Source: an uncultured virus (IMG/VR IMGVR_UViG_3300002835_000037)
Lineage: Duplodnaviria > Heunggongvirae > Uroviricota > Caudoviricetes
Virus record (IMG/VR): IMGVR_UViG_3300002835_000037
DNA: 64,000 bases
Direction: 5' to 3' (one strand)
How positions within the stretch are numbered: position 1 is the first letter of the stretch; every line of letters begins with the position of its first letter. The notes beneath the pieces were generated by a model. The model was not told the origin of the DNA, searched no databases, and was given only the letters and a program-made list of their open reading frames with translations. Of the stretch, positions 59,910 through 64,000 are shown one piece after another. Position numbers and translations under genes: made by a program.

Positions 59910-60175
59910 TTCCTTGCTAATCTTAATCTACTATTTGGATCTTTAGCAGCTTTTGGAAAATTAGCCATTTGCCCTGCAGATCTACTACAAAAAGACTTTC
60001 TTCTTTTAGCATCTTTGCTATCAGGATCAAGCTGCGATGGTTTTTTGGTAACAGCAGTTTGTAACTTACTACCTGGATTAGCTGCTCTATAGCTAGCTAC
60101 TCCTTTTGCATTAAGACCTCCTTTAGGATCTTTACCCTCTTTACGAGTCCATGCAGCTGTTTTCTTTTTTGCCAT
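59894..60175 (-). CDS. Small basic phage protein (93 aa)
   Basis: AWTRKEGKDPKGGLNAKG..RRKSFCSR..KWNC; tightly packed with neighbours. Confidence 0.8.
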   Translation of the reverse strand: MAKKKTAAWTRKEGKDPKGGLNAKGVASYRAANPGSKLQTAVTKKPSQLDPDSKDAKRRKSFCSRSAGQMANFPKAAKDPNSRLRLARKKWNC

Positions 60176-60177
60176 GA

Positions 60178-60420
60178 CTATTTCATTTTACCATTAGCAA
60201 GATTATTAAACATCTTAGCTTGTTCCATTGCCATCTTTTTTACATCCGACATAAGCTTGGAATCATTTTGAATTTCTGCTGCTCTCTTTAATGTAGACAT
60301 AGCAGATTCAATTTCCCACTTTCTCATCTCAGCTTTATTAGTACCAAGACCAATTGAAATACTTGCTGTATTTGATTTTTTAGCTGGTGCTTTTTTAGCA
60401 GTTGTTTTTCTTATTGCCAT
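60178..60420 (-). CDS. Small basic protein (80 aa)
   Basis: Histone-H1-like AKKAPAKK N-terminus; 2-nt gaps to both neighbours. Confidence 0.75.
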   Translation of the reverse strand: MAIRKTTAKKAPAKKSNTASISIGLGTNKAEMRKWEIESAMSTLKRAAEIQNDSKLMSDVKKMAMEQAKMFNNLANGKMK

Positions 60421-60422
60421 AA

Positions 60423-60761
60423 CTATACTTTTTTAACTCTTCTCCCCATACCTACTCTAGACTTCTCAGCTTTCTTAGCAGCTAGTTTAGAAGGAGAAAT
60501 TTCACTTTTAGTTTTAGGTGTTTTACTTGAAACTCTTTTGGTAGGCCGGCAGTATTCATTTTTACCACCGGCCCCACAAGCTTTTCCAGATTTTGTATCT
60601 TGCCATTTTTCTGCTTGCCATCTTTTAAGCTCAGTACCCTTCTCAGTCTTTCTTACTTGACCTTTACCTTTACGGCATTTAGCAATAGCTTGAGAAGCTC
60701 TTGCTGAAGGAAATACATCGTACCTTGCCTTTACACTATGATAGCAAGAATCTTTAGGCAT
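60423..60761 (-). CDS. Small basic phage protein (112 aa)
   Basis: KDSCYHSVKARYDVFPSA..LKRWQAEKW..CRPTKRVSSKTPKT; TAATG coupling. Confidence 0.8.
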   Translation of the reverse strand: MPKDSCYHSVKARYDVFPSARASQAIAKCRKGKGQVRKTEKGTELKRWQAEKWQDTKSGKACGAGGKNEYCRPTKRVSSKTPKTKSEISPSKLAAKKAEKSRVGMGRRVKKV

Positions 60762-60958
60762 TACATTTTCTTTTTAACTGATCCACCTTTTTTCATTTTT
60801 TCAGTTGCTTTGATTACACGGTTTTCAGTTCTAGCAGCTCTTTTTAAAAGTCTATCTGCTTTTCTTTCTCTACCTTCATCAACAGCCTTGTTCCCTTTAT
60901 AAACAAGTTTGTTTTCTTTTTTTTCTAATCGGGCAACTTTACCTTTAGGACTTCTCAT
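60761..60958 (-). CDS. Small basic protein (65 aa) with MKKGG near its C-terminus
   Basis: Lys/Arg-rich ORF within the operon. Confidence 0.7.
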   Translation of the reverse strand: MRSPKGKVARLEKKENKLVYKGNKAVDEGRERKADRLLKRAARTENRVIKATEKMKKGGSVKKKM

Positions 60959-60966
60959 CTTAATGA

Positions 60967-61323
60967 TTATTTAGATTTCATTTTTCCACCTTTTTTCATC
61001 ATACCTGGTTTTACAGCCATTCCGTATGCAGCTTTAGGTGTAAGAGGTTTTTTAGACATTGTTGCCATAGAACCTTTTTTAGTAGTAATGCTTTTACCTA
61101 CACCTGTAGTACCGTCTTTTTGCATAAATTTTTTTGGACGAGAATCTGGATTAAGTTGATAAGGAGGTCTTGACTGTTCTTTCATAGAGTTTTTAAACTT
61201 TTTTGAAGCTTCAGAAACAGCTCCTTTATTAGATTTTCTAATAGCTCCATTATTAGATTTCATGGGAGGTTGAGTACCCATCAATGGTTCACCACCAGCT
61301 TGATACTTTTTAACAGTTTTCAT
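60967..61323 (-). CDS. Small basic protein (118 aa) with YQAGG and MKKGG motifs
   Basis: Lys/Met-rich ORF within the operon. Confidence 0.75.
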   Translation of the reverse strand: MKTVKKYQAGGEPLMGTQPPMKSNNGAIRKSNKGAVSEASKKFKNSMKEQSRPPYQLNPDSRPKKFMQKDGTTGVGKSITTKKGSMATMSKKPLTPKAAYGMAVKPGMMKKGGKMKSK

Positions 61324-61335
61324 TTTTATATTAAT

Positions 61336-62349
61336 TTAAGATTGCCAAACTTTTTCTACAGCAGAGTTCAGATCATTTAAAATATCTTCATGTAAAGGGT
61401 TTTTTAAATACTCAACTACATCAGATACATTTCGACCAAGCAGTGTGACTGTCTTAGCATGATAAATATATCCATCTGCCTTATTAATAATATACTTAAA
61501 AAAACTGGAATCTCTAACAATTGATTTAATTTTTAAAGTTTCCATGTCAAGATTAGCGGCATCTATAAATGATTTAGCTGATCTTTCTTTGTTTGGTTCG
61601 GAACCTTCTCCATTAATGTGTCTATCCATATTTTCATATATCACATCCAACGGAGTTGCTTTTCTATATTGGGCACTATTACCATCTACAATTTTTGCAA
61701 TGTAAAATAGTTTAGTGCTGTTCTTATCATATAATTTCTGAAGTTCAGCAAGAGCTTTGTTACGCATCTTCTTGTATTCAGTTCTAATCATTGAAGTTTC
61801 TTCTTCTTTATCTAGATAGAATTTAGGTGGTACAGGTCTTGATCTAGCATCTTCATAGCTTTTTGCTACAATTGAAAATCCTCCTGCTTCAATAGCTAAA
61901 TACTTAATTCTATCAAAAGGTTGAGTAAGATCTAAGAATACCGGTTCATTACCACACTTAATCTCAATCTTATTCCAAAACTCTGAATTATCAGGTTTTA
62001 ACATTTTTACCTGGTTCCAAAAATCTTTATCTTCAGGATCTAATACATTTGCTGCTAGTTCTTTTTCTAATTCTGAAACTGTTTCTCTAATTTGTCTTAC
62101 TCTAGCTTCTCTTTCTTCTGTAGGAAGAAGCTTGATTTCTGGAGCAAATTCATTAAGGCCTGTTAAATATCTCATTACACCATTAGCTTCAAGACATGCT
62201 AATTGTTCATGATGTTTAACACCGTCATATAAAGCTAGACCATATTCTTCAAGACCCATGTTACCTGAATTAGTATCTATAAAAGGTCTAATTGCTAACT
62301 TAGTTTTTTTTCTGCTGGTAGTTTCTACCATTGTAAATTTTGTTTCCAT
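61336..62349 (-). CDS. Conserved capsid-module protein following MCP (crAss gene 75 position), 337 aa
   Basis: Directly downstream of MCP; RYLTGL, DFWN and LGRNVSDVVEYLKNP motifs. Confidence 0.6.
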   Translation of the reverse strand: METKFTMVETTSRKKTKLAIRPFIDTNSGNMGLEEYGLALYDGVKHHEQLACLEANGVMRYLTGLNEFAPEIKLLPTEEREARVRQIRETVSELEKELAANVLDPEDKDFWNQVKMLKPDNSEFWNKIEIKCGNEPVFLDLTQPFDRIKYLAIEAGGFSIVAKSYEDARSRPVPPKFYLDKEEETSMIRTEYKKMRNKALAELQKLYDKNSTKLFYIAKIVDGNSAQYRKATPLDVIYENMDRHINGEGSEPNKERSAKSFIDAANLDMETLKIKSIVRDSSFFKYIINKADGYIYHAKTVTLLGRNVSDVVEYLKNPLHEDILNDLNSAVEKVWQS

Positions 62350-62386
62350 GTTGGTTTTTTATTTGTTGGTTATTAAATACAAAGTT

Positions 62387-62415
62387 AAAAAAAGGGAGGA
62401 GTTTCCCCCTCCCTT
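62387..62415 (-). terminator. Intrinsic terminator after the major capsid gene
   Basis: AAGGGAGG-ggaaact-CCTCCCTT followed by a T run. Confidence 0.85.
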
Positions 62416-62427
62416 GTAATTATAAAT

Positions 62428-64000
62428 TTAGAATGAACCTCCTGTAACAGGATTACGCATAACAATTTTTAATACTTTAGTTGGGTCTTTTACCCATACT
62501 GCAGGCATTGTTTGTGTCATCATTACACGGTAACCGTTGAACTGACCAGAAGACTGGAAGCCTTGGCTACGTCCCATGTAGTCCATAGTACCATTTTGAT
62601 ACCACCACTTCAATTGATTATCCCAAGACAACTTCAATAAGAAAATATTGTCATTAGTATTATCAGTGATATCAAAAATAATGAATGAATAAGAAGACAA
62701 TGGGAAACCATCAATGATTGGGTTTTCAATGTCATTAGTATGAATATTATCAAATGCTGGGTTAAGAACAAACTTAACATTAGCAAGGAATGGAATTACA
62801 TATGAAGTATAAGCAAAACCAAAGTTCAAGTCCATACCTTTACCAGTGATTGCTCCGATATCAGCAGCCTGAATAACAAGACCTGATGCTACAGCTTCAC
62901 GCTTAATGGCTTCATTAACCATTCTCATACCCCCCATACCAGTTTGAACTATTAGAGAACGTTTTGGATCCGGCCCTTGGAATTCAACCTTACCATTGAA
63001 GAAGTTATAGATTTCTCCACGGAACAAGTCAAGAGTAAAGTTATTTTTGTTGTATACTCTCTTGAAAGAGTTATCCAACTGCTTCCAAAGACCTACAGAC
63101 AATCTAATATCATCTGGACCATCTTGACGAACTCTACCACCTTGTCCCCACATCAAGTAAGTCTCGATGTCAGTTGCAATTTTAGAAAGGTGTGCAGCTT
63201 CCATAGAAGTCAAGAAAGTTCTAGAAAGATCACCATTATCAAAAGCTTTTTTCACTTTATCTTTACCCATAATCTTGATCATATCTTCAAGATTAGAGAT
63301 TGATGGATCTTGGATAGACTTATCAAAAGTTCTCCAGATTTCAGTTACAGGAATAGTACCGTCTGCATTCATACCACCTTTGATCATCAAGTCAGCACGA
63401 GAAGATACTGAATAGTGAACGTGAGCTTCTGCTCCTCCTACAAAGTTGTAGAATTCACGGAATGAAGTTCTAGTAGTAATATCAGAGAATCTTTCTCCAT
63501 ATTCACCACGAGCAGAACCTTTACGGAAAAACTTAGTTCCGTTTGCAAGATACTTGTGATCTAAAAATTTAAAATTGTCATTGTTTACCAATTGTACTGT
63601 GTAAACAAAACCATCACCAAGTGGAAGAATATCTTCATCAGTAATGTACATCTCAACTCCGTTATATTTGTCATAAGTGATGATATCACCATGTCCAAAT
63701 TCACGTCTGTTAAGTTTAATTTTAAAGGTAGAACCATCTGTACCAAGGATTTTAACAGGATCCTCAATGTCTTCAATAATGTAAGGAAGATCAATTGCTA
63801 CAGGTGTTTGCCATCTGTATTCACCTCTGTGGTTGTCCACATTGATCACATTCTTCCCACCAAAACTTGACATTTGGTAAAGAGGCATTTCTACTTTCTG
63901 TGCCATAGCCCAAAGGTCTACAGGACCTAAGTCCATTGGCTCAGCATCTTTAAGCATATTCACCAGGTGGTATGAATCCACATGGGAACTTGCATTGTAA
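62428..64000 (-). CDS. Major capsid protein (5' end outside the window)
   Basis: Frame stays open past the GTG at 63981 to the window edge (..YNASSHVDSYHL); more than 520 aa; many C-ending codons; strong terminator; heads the crAss-like structural gene order. Confidence 0.8.
   Translation of the reverse strand, partial: YNASSHVDSYHLVNMLKDAEPMDLGPVDLWAMAQKVEMPLYQMSSFGGKNVINVDNHRGEYRWQTPVAIDLPYIIEDIEDPVKILGTDGSTFKIKLNRREFGHGDIITYDKYNGVEMYITDEDILPLGDGFVYTVQLVNNDNFKFLDHKYLANGTKFFRKGSARGEYGERFSDITTRTSFREFYNFVGGAEAHVHYSVSSRADLMIKGGMNADGTIPVTEIWRTFDKSIQDPSISNLEDMIKIMGKDKVKKAFDNGDLSRTFLTSMEAAHLSKIATDIETYLMWGQGGRVRQDGPDDIRLSVGLWKQLDNSFKRVYNKNNFTLDLFRGEIYNFFNGKVEFQGPDPKRSLIVQTGMGGMRMVNEAIKREAVASGLVIQAADIGAITGKGMDLNFGFAYTSYVIPFLANVKFVLNPAFDNIHTNDIENPIIDGFPLSSYSFIIFDITDNTNDNIFLLKLSWDNQLKWWYQNGTMDYMGRSQGFQSSGQFNGYRVMMTQTMPAVWVKDPTKVLKIVMRNPVTGGSF

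Noticed and set aside
2961..63870. Numerous plus-strand ORFs of 60-141 aa and short alternative-frame minus-strand ORFs in the track
   Set aside because: They overlap long minus-strand genes, are rich in Ser/Phe/Leu as expected for antisense shadows, and show no motifs
63979..63981. MCP start as given in the ORF track
   Set aside because: It is an internal GTG (Val); the frame stays open to the window edge
224..64000. Stop-codon reassignment (TAG or TGA), as in some crAss-like phages
   Set aside because: Genes are long and tightly packed in the standard code, and TAG/TGA end genes right before the next start (e.g. 17791, 48614, 59894)
1..64000. tRNA or rRNA genes
   Set aside because: Intergenic gaps are short and I saw no cloverleaf with a T-loop in the right context

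Overview
AT-rich late/virion gene block of a crAss-like tailed phage (Crassvirales or close relative; host probably Bacteroidota, as leaders are A-rich and lack Shine-Dalgarno motifs). All genes are on the minus strand and read in the standard code. In transcription order (right to left): major capsid protein (cut by the window edge), a conserved capsid-module gene, small Lys-rich proteins interrupted by an endonuclease VII-type HNH gene, ring, ferritin-like, auxiliary capsid, Cys-rich, fibre and IHF-like genes, tail ring and muzzle proteins, a 3304-aa modular protein, and six large cargo-type proteins including the 3840-aa virion RNA polymerase (DFDID). Main observations: (1) the last three giant proteins (about 7980 aa) hold only four cysteines, all at the facing termini, suggesting a head-to-tail disulfide chain for ordered ejection; (2) a [FYM]-[QKA]-x-G-G motif recurs in six otherwise unrelated proteins; (3) the 3304-aa protein is built of cassettes joined by DNA-level repeats; (4) a 3'-UTR hairpin has a loop antisense to an AAACCAAC element just before two start codons. 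Family names come from motif recognition and gene order, not database searches.
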